Part shown: in pieces, positions 1 to 8,813 of the stretch
How the letters are laid out: each line of letters begins with the position of its first letter
Numbering within the stretch: the stretch's first letter is position 1
Made by a program: the position numbers and the translations under genes
The notes under the pieces: model-generated
Databases searched by the model: none
Seen by the model: the letters and a program-made list of their open reading frames with translations, nothing else
What the model was told of the DNA's origin: nothing
IMG/VR virus record: IMGVR_UViG_3300024270_000002
DNA length: 64,000 nt
Direction: 5' to 3' (one strand)
DNA from: a virus
Taxonomy: Duplodnaviria; Caudoviricetes

Positions 1-2
1 GT

Positions 3-1565
3 GACGCCGTATTAGCAAACATTCAGTTTGGATCTGATTTAAATAATGTTCGAAGCAAGTCCATCTATGTTTTTGGTGACTCTTTTATGTCTGAGCTGAG
101 CTCTGATCGTAGTGTCGAACAAGAGCATCATATGTTTAAAACATTTAAGAGCGAATATGATTTAGATATTACTAACTATGCAGTAATTGGCGGTTGTGTA
201 GCGAATCATAGTAACAGAAGCATTCTATATCAGCAAATTGATGAAGCTAGCGCGGGTTCTCCTGATTTTGTAATCTTTAATGGCTTGATAAATGAAGTAG
301 TAAATAAAAATCAAGTTGTTGAACAAGGTAGCTCAATTTATTGTGGTCTTGGCTCTCTAACTGAAGGTTTTGAGACTCCTTTTGAAAGTTTTGATCGTAA
401 CACTTTCTTTGGAGGACTAGAATATGCCGCAAAGAGATTGAAAGAAAAATATCCAAATGCTATCAAGATGTATGTTACTCCTCACAATGCGTCACAAAAA
501 TCACCTGATGGCATGCTACAACTTATAGATGCTGCAAGAACAGTTTGTAAAAAGTGGGGCATTGTATTTATTGATATTTATAATTATAGTGAGCAGAATC
601 TATCTGAAGTTGGTTTAACACTTAGCGAAAGTGATTTCCATCCAACACAAGAGGGATACGATAAATGTTATATCCCATTTGTTCACAAAACAATGTCTGA
701 CATTATTGATAGATTCAATAAAGATGATGAGCTGTCTTCCCTAGACAAGAGAGTTGACACACTTGAAAGTGCTAAAGGTGAACGTGTAACAGCCGGTCAA
801 AAAACAGGTACAAAGCTAGGCTATAGAGCTACCGCTGAAGGATCTGATACAACTGCATCTAATAACTATGCGCATGCAGAAGGCTCTGGCACCGAAGCAT
901 CAGGAAACTCCTCTCACGCAGAGGGTAATAATACACACGCTACAGGAAAATGCTCGCACGCTGAGGGACAGAATTCTACGGCATCGAATGATTCTGCACA
1001 TGCAGAAGGTTTTAATACCACTGCTTCAGGATCTGTTGCTCACGCAGAAGGTAAAGATACAGTAGCATCTGGAAACAGATCTCATGCAGAAGGTGAAAGC
1101 ACTACTGCTAAAGGATTTACCTCTCACGCTGAAGGTCAAGGCACTGTAGCCGGTAGTGATCGTCAGCACGTTCAAGGAAGATATAATGTTGAAGATACTG
1201 CAGGTAAATATGCTCACATTGTTGGTGGAGGCTGGAGTGGATCTCCTAAAAATATTCATACTGTTGATTGGGATGGTAATGCTTGGTTTTCTGGAAACAT
1301 ATATGTTGGGAATAACTCAGACAGGCTTACAACTGAACAAGAATTACAGTTTATCAGGGACGGTATTTTTAACAAATTTGATGAGTTACTAAATAAAATT
1401 TCAGAGCTGGAACAGGAGCTTACTCAAATAAAGGCGCGTACATCTTGGAAGTCATTTTCTTCTACACCCGATATTCCTGAAGAACCTGATATTCCTGTAT
1501 CTAACTATGCTGTGTACAATAATGAAAATTTAATACATAATAACGAAAATGTTATTATTGAATAA
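3..1565 (+). CDS. Tail fibre/adhesin-like protein, 5'-truncated: SGNH/GDSL hydrolase domain plus YadA-head (Hep/Hag) repeats and a coiled coil
   Basis: The frame is open from base 3 and adds VFGDSF (GDS motif) before the annotated Met. SDFHP is the DxxH-like catalytic motif. About 9 repeats of 14 aa (xASGxxSHAEG) follow. Confidence 0.8.
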   Translation, partial: DAVLANIQFGSDLNNVRSKSIYVFGDSFMSELSSDRSVEQEHHMFKTFKSEYDLDITNYAVIGGCVANHSNRSILYQQIDEASAGSPDFVIFNGLINEVVNKNQVVEQGSSIYCGLGSLTEGFETPFESFDRNTFFGGLEYAAKRLKEKYPNAIKMYVTPHNASQKSPDGMLQLIDAARTVCKKWGIVFIDIYNYSEQNLSEVGLTLSESDFHPTQEGYDKCYIPFVHKTMSDIIDRFNKDDELSSLDKRVDTLESAKGERVTAGQKTGTKLGYRATAEGSDTTASNNYAHAEGSGTEASGNSSHAEGNNTHATGKCSHAEGQNSTASNDSAHAEGFNTTASGSVAHAEGKDTVASGNRSHAEGESTTAKGFTSHAEGQGTVAGSDRQHVQGRYNVEDTAGKYAHIVGGGWSGSPKNIHTVDWDGNAWFSGNIYVGNNSDRLTTEQELQFIRDGIFNKFDELLNKISELEQELTQIKARTSWKSFSSTPDIPEEPDIPVSNYAVYNNENLIHNNENVIIE

Positions 1566-1585
1566 TATACGGAGGATAAATATAA

Positions 1586-3475
1586 ATGGCAAATAACGTG
1601 ATTAATAAGTTAACTGGTGCTACTTCTGGCAAGGAGTATAAAATCAAAGGATACTCAAGTATGCCTTCGTTTGGGCCCATTGCAGGCTTTTCAAGAGGTT
1701 ATAGCAATCTATTTGAGGGATATGACGGTCAAGAATTTAAATATCAATACGATACGCATGGAAAGTATTTTCCTGAAGGACATTTTGCAGGAGTAGGTTT
1801 ATATATAGACTATTCTGAACAACAGTATTACTGGTATGTGGCGTCTCGTTATGTGATAGCATCCTACACTAACTACGAACATTTTTCTATCGATTTTTAT
1901 AGCTTTTCAGGAGAAAAGAAGCAGCCCACTTCAAAACCATATGTTTGTTATTTTGACGGAAGTCAGTATGACTGTTTTGAAGCGACTGGTGTTACAGAAG
2001 TTGGTAGGTGGGATTTCCCTTCTAGTGGGTTTTTTCTAACAGACGAATATGGTATGAAAGAGTTTATAAATGGTGTGCGTCCTGAAAGTGATGTATTGTT
2101 AGGATCTTCATTAGGTTTCTGGCTATTTGATAGTGGAACTGAATGGACATGCTTTATGGAAGGTACAAAGATTGCAATGGCAGATGGCACCACTAAGAAT
2201 ATTGAAGATGTTCAAGTTCATGATGAAGTTGCTTATTTAAATGATAACGGAGAGTTATTAAGTACTAAAGTTGTTCTTCCTGTTAATATTCACGAAGGAG
2301 AAACAGATAATTATGTAGAATACATCTTTAGTAATGGCACTTCTCTTAACATTTATGAGAAACAGCGTCTTTGGAATGAAGATGAAAAGAAGTATACTAT
2401 TGTTCAAAATTGGCCTATTGGAACAAGAACTAAAACAGTTCAAGGCGAAATTATTTCTTTGGTTAACAAGATTTCTCATAAGCTTGAAACACCTAAGAAG
2501 CACTATTTCTTACAAACATTCTCAGGTGTATATGCTGTAAACGATATTCTTACGTATACTTCTCAAGATACTATCTGGGATGAGTGGTCTAGGGAAGAGA
2601 ATAAACAGTATTGGCTTGATGAAAAGACAATGCAAAATCAGAAGAAGAAGGTTATTACAAGAAGATACGAAAATCATCCTAACTTATATAAATACTTTAG
2701 AGATGCTTTAAATAACTGGAATTCACTTCAGAGTGAACTGAGCGATCGTATCTTAGCCAACAAAAAGTATTTAAATGATACTGACTATCTTGTAATCAAG
2801 TATACAGAGGGCTTGATTGATGAAGCTTCTTACGAAACAGAAAGAGTTAAGCGTGCAGATGCAAGATCTCAGATCAATGAAGATCAAGAAACACTAACAA
2901 AGGAACAATCTTATATCGATGCTCTTAAAAATAAGTATGCACTTAAGAGTACTCATCCTCGTGCTTCCTCTCAGGGTGCTGAAAGCTTAGTTCTTATGGC
3001 TGATGGAACTACTAAGGCAATCAAAGATGTTGAGGCAGGAGATGTTATTTGTTATTTGAATGACAATCATGAGCTTGCTCAAACTCAAGTTATGTTACCT
3101 CCTGAGCCAGAGCTTATTTGGGATTATCATCTTGTATCTTTAGATAACGGAACTGAATTAAGAATGAGCGGTAAGAGAGAAATTTACAATGTTTCTCAAG
3201 ATAAATATTGCTATCAGCAAGATTGCTTAATTGGTGACGAAATTCTTCTAAGTGATGGAAGTAAAGCAAAAATTCTTAAAGTTACAAAAGTAAGACCTAA
3301 GAATGGAGAAGAGTTCTATAGATTGAATACTCGTTCTGGAAGATATATTCTAAACGGAATCTCTATCGGAGGTGACTCTAAGAGAAATTACAAGGATATG
3401 TTATGGGAAGAGCATGAATATTGGAGACCTTCTGACGAATTCATGTCAGAATGGAAGGCTGAATGCGGTCTATAA
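1586..3475 (+). CDS. Tail-associated protein with two tandem Hint (intein-like) domains flanking a tail-fibre-assembly-like helix
   Basis: CFMEGTKIAMADG...YAVNDIL (2150-2560) and SQGAESLVLMADG...YILNGI (2969-3373). The linker carries LNDTDYLVIKxxE...RADARSQINE. Confidence 0.75.
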   Translation: MANNVINKLTGATSGKEYKIKGYSSMPSFGPIAGFSRGYSNLFEGYDGQEFKYQYDTHGKYFPEGHFAGVGLYIDYSEQQYYWYVASRYVIASYTNYEHFSIDFYSFSGEKKQPTSKPYVCYFDGSQYDCFEATGVTEVGRWDFPSSGFFLTDEYGMKEFINGVRPESDVLLGSSLGFWLFDSGTEWTCFMEGTKIAMADGTTKNIEDVQVHDEVAYLNDNGELLSTKVVLPVNIHEGETDNYVEYIFSNGTSLNIYEKQRLWNEDEKKYTIVQNWPIGTRTKTVQGEIISLVNKISHKLETPKKHYFLQTFSGVYAVNDILTYTSQDTIWDEWSREENKQYWLDEKTMQNQKKKVITRRYENHPNLYKYFRDALNNWNSLQSELSDRILANKKYLNDTDYLVIKYTEGLIDEASYETERVKRADARSQINEDQETLTKEQSYIDALKNKYALKSTHPRASSQGAESLVLMADGTTKAIKDVEAGDVICYLNDNHELAQTQVMLPPEPELIWDYHLVSLDNGTELRMSGKREIYNVSQDKYCYQQDCLIGDEILLSDGSKAKILKVTKVRPKNGEEFYRLNTRSGRYILNGISIGGDSKRNYKDMLWEEHEYWRPSDEFMSEWKAECGL

Positions 3476-3487
3476 TTATGTATAATA

Positions 3488-3521
3488 TATTGACAGGTAG
3501 TTTATAAACTACCTGTCAATA
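3488..3521. repeat. Perfect 34-bp palindrome (terminator, processing hairpin or binding site)
   Basis: tattgacaggtagtttataaactacctgtcaata is its own reverse complement. Confidence 0.85.
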
Positions 3522-3579
3522 CAACATAATGAATTGTATCACAAACATAAAAATAAACTCATATTGAGGTAAAATTATA

Positions 3580-3993
3580 ATGAGCAATGAAAATAAAAGA
3601 TCATTAGATCTATATTACGGCAATCAATCAGAGCTACCTGAGCCAGACAAATGGCCAGAAGGTTCACTGTTACTCACAGATAAAGGTAGACTTTATGATG
3701 GTTCTTACAAAAAGTTAATCGGTGAAGATCTTGATAACTTAAATGTAACAGTGGCTATAACAACTGCTACTTTGAGGGTTGAAAATGATGCTAACATAAA
3801 GAATGTTACTGTAAACGGAAATATCAAGCTTGGTGGAAAGATAACAGACCTTAATGGAAACGTTATAAACATGAGTGGTGGAACAGATATAGAGACTCCT
3901 TCTGGTATCCTTGAGGGAGCAATTCCAGTTTGGAATGGATCTAAATTTGTAGCACAAAATATTGATGTCAATCCTGCGTTTGCTACTACCTAA
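3580..3993 (+). CDS. Hypothetical protein, probably virion/tail-associated
   Basis: ORF with a GAGGT RBS inside the fibre cluster; beta-rich composition. Confidence 0.6.
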   Translation: MSNENKRSLDLYYGNQSELPEPDKWPEGSLLLTDKGRLYDGSYKKLIGEDLDNLNVTVAITTATLRVENDANIKNVTVNGNIKLGGKITDLNGNVINMSGGTDIETPSGILEGAIPVWNGSKFVAQNIDVNPAFATT

Positions 3994-4019
3994 CAGTTGA
4001 GGAGGACATTTGAGATAAT

Positions 4020-5096
4020 ATGAGCATAAATCTTTCAGACTACTGTTTAGTTACTAAAGCGGATGCAAAGGCACTAGTAACTTCGGCGCTTAGTTTTTGT
4101 GACAAGTATACACGAGTGTATAGTTCTGATGAGTCGGACACATTTACTATGACAGACGTAACTGAGTGGTTACAGGAGATTGCAAGTAACCACTCAGAGT
4201 GTTTTAACAATGCGTGGACATCTGAAGAAATTCCTGAAAATTCAGGATCGGTTGATGCTGAATTTTGTTACGTTCTTAGAGAAGACATTCAATACATACG
4301 TAATTTCTTAGACAAATTTTCTGATAGTCCTGCAGAGAAGAAATTAACATGTTGGCAAATGTCTTACATTTTTGATCATCTTGTAGCTGAGGAGCCAGAA
4401 ATAACATACACGCTAACAATTGTTACTCCTACTCAAGACACAACTGTTGATGAAACAATAACAACCTTAACAGTTACAGAAGGACAGCCCTTGATTGTAT
4501 ATCAGAACCGGATCGACAATGCGTTTTCTAGATATGAAGAATTAACGCAATACAGCCGAGTATCTGCTACAGGGTATATATTCTATAATGGAAGCAGAAC
4601 AAGAATTGATGATGTTATTGTTTCTTCAGATGCCACGTTAACTTGGGATGTTGATTTCATGGGTACTACAACTGGAACGAAACTTACTGGTCCTACTTTG
4701 TTTGAGTGCTATTCAAGCGACTATGATCCCGTTACAAATCCTGTTAATCCCAGTATACAATTTGAATTGGATGACGGTGGCACAATACTTGGATATGTTT
4801 CTCTTGATAACAGTAGTAGTGCAACCATTTCAGGAACTCAGTACGAACAGACATTTAGTGTTGACTGCAATATATATGGATCTGATCACGGAGATACAGG
4901 CATAGAGTTGCACAATCCATACATTTATGATTATGGAACATCTCATAATAATCCCTGGACCAGTGTGAAAATAATAATAAGACCTTCAAATACTTCAGAC
5001 AGCTTTAGATATAGAGACACTTCGGGCCTTTGGGTAAGTGCCGATTATGCCGAAATATATATTGAAGGTGATGACTTTAGTCCAAGTATGAAATGA
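4020..5096 (+). CDS. Hypothetical protein, probably virion-associated (T/S/D-rich beta C-terminus)
   Basis: 358-aa ORF with a GGAGG RBS; fibre-cluster context. Confidence 0.6.
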   Translation: MSINLSDYCLVTKADAKALVTSALSFCDKYTRVYSSDESDTFTMTDVTEWLQEIASNHSECFNNAWTSEEIPENSGSVDAEFCYVLREDIQYIRNFLDKFSDSPAEKKLTCWQMSYIFDHLVAEEPEITYTLTIVTPTQDTTVDETITTLTVTEGQPLIVYQNRIDNAFSRYEELTQYSRVSATGYIFYNGSRTRIDDVIVSSDATLTWDVDFMGTTTGTKLTGPTLFECYSSDYDPVTNPVNPSIQFELDDGGTILGYVSLDNSSSATISGTQYEQTFSVDCNIYGSDHGDTGIELHNPYIYDYGTSHNNPWTSVKIIIRPSNTSDSFRYRDTSGLWVSADYAEIYIEGDDFSPSMK

Positions 5097-5277
5097 TAAG
5101 TAGCATAAACTAAATGCATATGATAACTTCCAGCTAAAATCGTCTGGCATGTGTATAATGTCATATAACATGCTAGGATATATAAACATATTAAAAAATA
5201 ATAATTATAAGTTCCCTTATAATACTATAGTATTTAATGAGGCACTTTAAATATATAAATTAAGGAGACGGTCTATT

Positions 5278-6339
5278 ATGGCTCAAACTAGTAAAATAAA
5301 GTTTTTAAAAGATATTTTTGATAGTAGAGACTCTGCGTATGTTACAGCTAACGAGATCAACTCAATAATTGATGGACTGCGAGCTGTACACCCAGACTTG
5401 TTTATCAATAATATAAGAGAAGTAGACACTATTACGTCAAATTTGGTTACTAATAAATTGATCAAGACTGCTATAATTCCTTTTGGTGTTACTAGCATTG
5501 GAGAGTCTGCGTTCGCAAACTGTACAAACCTTACAGATGTTGTGATCCCAGCAAGTGTGACGAGCATTGGAGAGAAAGCGTTCTACGGTTGCAACTCCTT
5601 GGCGAGCATCGAGATCCCCGACGGTGTGACGAGCATTGGAATCGGTGCGTTCTACGGTTGTAAAAAGTTAGAGAATATTTTATATAGCGGCACTACTAGC
5701 AGTTGGTATACTGGTATTGGAAAACATAGTAACGACCTCTGTGATATCACTGACGATATCTCCCGGAGCTGGTTGGTTGATTTAGTTGGCAAATCGGTAA
5801 TATGCACTGATGGCACTATACAGATTACTTGCTCACACAGCAAAATTACTGTGGATTATGACAATCCGACAGTACACGGCAGGTACTGTGACGGTTGCAA
5901 AACTTGGATAATACCAGAGGGTGACCATGAATTCGGTGGCGGTGAGCATTATGGCATTTATTGCACTAGAACGTGTGTAGTCTGCGGATATCACGTATCA
6001 GAACCTTATGACTGGGACTTCCAATCCAGCGATAGTGGATGCGGTAACTATTGCACTGTGTGTGGCGCGGAGTCATCTTGGCAATTTCATGACCCTGCGA
6101 GTGCGAGCGCTACTAGCTGCAAAGACGTTAATTATGGCACATATGAACACGTAGCATGCTGCGACATTTGCGGATATGAATATGGTGAACCACAGGTTTA
6201 TTATAGTTACGATGGTCCTGCATGGCATTATGTAAACTGCTGTATATGTGACAAGGAGCTAAAGCAGGACGGACATGGTAACATTTATACCGATGGCGGC
6301 ATTAAGTACTGTGGCTACTGCGGTGGAGAGGTTTATTAA
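5278..6339 (+). CDS. BspA-type leucine-rich-repeat (LRR_5) protein with Cys/His-rich C-terminal repeats
   Basis: Three IPxxVTSIGxxAFxxC repeats followed by many CxxC/H motifs. Confidence 0.85.
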   Translation: MAQTSKIKFLKDIFDSRDSAYVTANEINSIIDGLRAVHPDLFINNIREVDTITSNLVTNKLIKTAIIPFGVTSIGESAFANCTNLTDVVIPASVTSIGEKAFYGCNSLASIEIPDGVTSIGIGAFYGCKKLENILYSGTTSSWYTGIGKHSNDLCDITDDISRSWLVDLVGKSVICTDGTIQITCSHSKITVDYDNPTVHGRYCDGCKTWIIPEGDHEFGGGEHYGIYCTRTCVVCGYHVSEPYDWDFQSSDSGCGNYCTVCGAESSWQFHDPASASATSCKDVNYGTYEHVACCDICGYEYGEPQVYYSYDGPAWHYVNCCICDKELKQDGHGNIYTDGGIKYCGYCGGEVY

Positions 6340-6372
6340 AATAAGTCTGGCCAAATTGGCCAGACTTATTTT
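6338..6372 (+). terminator. Intrinsic terminator
   Basis: aaaataagtctggccaa-a-ttggccagacttatttt inverted repeat followed by a T tract. Confidence 0.8.
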
Positions 6373-6465
6373 ATTTGTTAATTATGTATATTTAGACTAT
6401 TTTTATTGTATATTAAAAATAAGGTTAATAATTTTTAGTCTAAATTTATAAGGAGTATTTTGGTT

Positions 6466-6888
6466 ATGTCATTAAAAGAAACAATTAATCAAAAATTTGT
6501 TGAAGAATTCAAAACAAGAATTGCATTAAGACGCTATCCTTACGAAGTAATGAAACAAAGAATTTTGATAGCAGAAAAGTCTGGTCAGTTTGAACTTCCT
6601 CTTACAGACGAACAGGTCACCAATCTTATTGCGAAAGAATGTAAAGAAAGAGAAGAACTTCTTACTATCTATAAACCTGAGGACGAACAGTATATTACTG
6701 CTAAATATACTATCGAAGAGCTGTCTCAGTATCTTCCAAAGCAGATGAGTGAAGAGGAAGTTATTGAGATCATCAAAAGACATAAAGAATTTGAATCTAA
6801 TTCTGGTAAGCTTATCGGATTAGTAGTAAAAGAAGTTGGTAATAGGTTTGATAAATCTAAGATTGCGGCTCTCGTACGGCAGGTTTAA
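6466..6888 (+). CDS. GatB/YqeY domain protein
   Basis: MSLKETI...LTDEQVTNLIAKECKEREE...YLPKQMSEEEV pattern typical of YqeY. Confidence 0.8.
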   Translation: MSLKETINQKFVEEFKTRIALRRYPYEVMKQRILIAEKSGQFELPLTDEQVTNLIAKECKEREELLTIYKPEDEQYITAKYTIEELSQYLPKQMSEEEVIEIIKRHKEFESNSGKLIGLVVKEVGNRFDKSKIAALVRQV

Positions 6889-6891
6889 TAA

Positions 6892-7167
6892 ATGGATAAT
6901 CGTCTTTTAGCAGAAGGCATGCTTCTAGGAATCAGCTCCCTCGGAGTTGTTATTGACAAGTGGGAAGAAAATATAATTTACATATCAGTACCCAAAGATA
7001 CTACTGATTACAATGCTGAATCAGAGAAACTTGCTGGCAAGAAATTAGCAGACAGACTGCAAACCAAGTTTAGAGATCTTGGCTGCTGCGGCTTGCAAGT
7101 AAAATATAGGATTAGAGATGAAATTTGGACAAAAGAAAAACGAGATAGAATAATCTCTCATAAATAA
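6892..7167 (+). CDS. Hypothetical protein
   Basis: ORF directly coupled to the YqeY gene. Confidence 0.6.
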   Translation: MDNRLLAEGMLLGISSLGVVIDKWEENIIYISVPKDTTDYNAESEKLAGKKLADRLQTKFRDLGCCGLQVKYRIRDEIWTKEKRDRIISHK

Positions 7168-7198
7168 ATATTTATACAAAAGAAAGGTAAAAAGAATT

Positions 7199-7579
7199 AT
7201 GAAGAAGATTTTTGCATTGTTGTTCGTTTTGGTAATTATTTGTACTTGCTTTGCATCATGCACTGCTGCTGATAATGTTAACCACAACTTGTCACAGGCC
7301 GCAGATAACTTCCAAGTACTCAGGAAAATTACAGTCTATAACGCAAGAACAGACCTTATTGTTATGGAAATGGAAGGTTATATGAGCCTTTCTAATTCTA
7401 GTACTAATGAACTTGTCGTTACTTGTATGACTGGAATTAACCAATATAAGAAAAATTATATCTATCTTAATGAATATGTTATTTATGTTGTAGAAGATAT
7501 TACAGGCGTTGCTACTGACCCTTATCACTATAAGGTACATTTTTACACGGCGCTGCCTGATATTGATGTAAATAACTAA
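7199..7579 (+). CDS. Phage lipoprotein
   Basis: Signal peptide with lipobox FASC; NLSxxADNFxVxRKITVYNARTD motif common in phage lipoproteins. Confidence 0.75.
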   Translation: MKKIFALLFVLVIICTCFASCTAADNVNHNLSQAADNFQVLRKITVYNARTDLIVMEMEGYMSLSNSSTNELVVTCMTGINQYKKNYIYLNEYVIYVVEDITGVATDPYHYKVHFYTALPDIDVNN

Positions 7580-7587
7580 TAAATATA

Positions 7588-7621
7588 AAAAGAAGCTTGA
7601 TAATAGTATCGAGCTTCTTTT
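7588..7621 (+). terminator. Intrinsic terminator
   Basis: aaaagaagcttgat...atcgagcttctttt. Confidence 0.75.
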
Positions 7622-7637
7622 CTTTATGCTATTTATT

Positions 7638-7646
7638 GCTAAATTA
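7638..7646 (+). promoter_or_regulatory. GCTAAATTA putative phage late promoter; other copies at 14204, 19094, 21943, 35065, 48653, 58772
   Basis: Seven exact copies seen, each about 28-115 nt upstream of a start codon and often just after a terminator. 7632-7650 and 48647-48665 are identical over 19 nt. Confidence 0.75.
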
Positions 7647-7754
7647 GGTAAGAGTATGAATATAAAATTATGCCAATGTTAAACCACTGTCAATGGCCAG
7701 CAGTGCGAGACTAGGCATATTTAAAATAATAAAATTTTAAAGGAGGCATATCAA

Positions 7755-8066
7755 ATGCAAAGAGTATACGGTGAGTTTGATATTAATGGAACTACAACTG
7801 AAAATGTAGTTTCTGCAATAAAAGAATATGAAATAAATCTCGGACTTAATGAAGTTCCTGATAATTTTGTATTAAGAAAATTAGGTATTAAAGTTAGTGC
7901 TGCCTGTGATGTAGCAATTAACGGAAGAGACTTTTCTATCAATGAAAAAGAACCCCTTGAATTTGGATACGATAGTATCAAAGTGGATAGTATTGTATTT
8001 AAAACAGCGGGACTAAACGCAATAGTAAGATACATGTATTTTAGAGAGGATAAGGTATATCAATAA
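7755..8066 (+). CDS. Hypothetical protein (late, possibly structural)
   Basis: AAAGGAGG RBS; follows GCTAAATTA; coupled to the collagen gene. Confidence 0.7.
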   Translation: MQRVYGEFDINGTTTENVVSAIKEYEINLGLNEVPDNFVLRKLGIKVSAACDVAINGRDFSINEKEPLEFGYDSIKVDSIVFKTAGLNAIVRYMYFREDKVYQ

Positions 8067-8698
8067 TGAACATGCAAGATCTTCCATTCTTCCCAGTAGC
8101 AGGAAGCGCCGGCGATACAGGTAAAGACGGTATTTCACCAACCGTGTCTGTAGAAGATATTTCTGGCGGGCATAGATTAATTATTGTAGATGCCACTGGC
8201 AGAAAAACAGTTGATATAATGAATGGCGTTGATGGTTTGCCTGGTGCGCAAGGCCCTATAGGAAATACTGGACCACAGGGTGAGCGCGGAGAAAAAGGCG
8301 ATAAGGGCGATAAGGGCGATAAAGGTGACCAAGGACTGACAGGCCATGATGGACCCAAAGGCGACCAAGGTGAGCCAGGAGAAAAAGGTGATACAGGAGA
8401 ACAGGGGCCACGAGGTGAACAAGGTCCAATAGGTCCTCAGGGACCTCAAGGAGAAAAAGGTGCTGATGGTCAACCTGGTAAAGACGGCGCCAATGGTATC
8501 AATGGTAAATCTGCCTATGAGTATGCAAAAGACGGTGGATATACTGAGACTGAAGCTACTTTTGCCGAGACTTTGGCTAATATTATCGATAAACGAAATA
8601 TTTCAATAGGTCTGCATACTGACGGCTTATTATATCTATTTATTAACGGCGAGCCGGCAGGAGCAGGCGTCACAATTAATACAGGTACCGAGGCTTAA
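8066..8698 (+). CDS. Collagen-like (Gly-X-Y) fibre protein
   Basis: About 30 G-X-Y triplets, then GKSAYEYAKDGGY, typical of phage collagen fibres. Confidence 0.9.
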   Translation: MNMQDLPFFPVAGSAGDTGKDGISPTVSVEDISGGHRLIIVDATGRKTVDIMNGVDGLPGAQGPIGNTGPQGERGEKGDKGDKGDKGDQGLTGHDGPKGDQGEPGEKGDTGEQGPRGEQGPIGPQGPQGEKGADGQPGKDGANGINGKSAYEYAKDGGYTETEATFAETLANIIDKRNISIGLHTDGLLYLFINGEPAGAGVTINTGTEA

Positions 8699-8755
8699 TT
8701 AAAAACAATAGAAAGAATAATACTGAAATTTTATTTTGGTATTATTCTTTTTTTT
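8696..8755 (+). terminator. Terminator; copy 1 of the direct repeat flanking nadR-pnuC
   Basis: aaagaataatac...gtattattcttttttt; near-identical to 10588-10646. Confidence 0.75.
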
Positions 8756-8776
8756 ATTAATTTAATAACCTACTTA

Positions 8777-8785
8777 TCGTATTAT
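8777..8785 (+). promoter_or_regulatory. YYGTATWAT -35-less promoter class, putative middle; other copies at 10660, 11337, 21107, 21830, 28014, 42971, 43228, 43482, 49389, 51759, 59542, 63114
   Basis: Recurrent TTG/TCG/CTG/CCG-TATWAT after terminators, with no TTGACA/TTTACA 17 nt upstream. Confidence 0.65.
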
Positions 8786-8813
8786 AGAATAGCAACTTAT
8801 TAAGGAGGAACTT

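Noticed and set aside
2150-3373. Canonical splicing inteins
   Set aside because: Neither Hint ends in His-Asn followed by Cys/Ser/Thr, and there is no homing endonuclease or conserved host enzyme around them.
5278-6339. Diversity-generating retroelement target
   Set aside because: No reverse transcriptase and no template/variable repeat pair differing only at adenines was seen in the window.
7669-7719. Known riboswitch or ribozyme (c-di-GMP-II, twister) here, or a hammerhead at 21880
   Set aside because: Stems are present, but the conserved core nucleotides of those families could not be matched.
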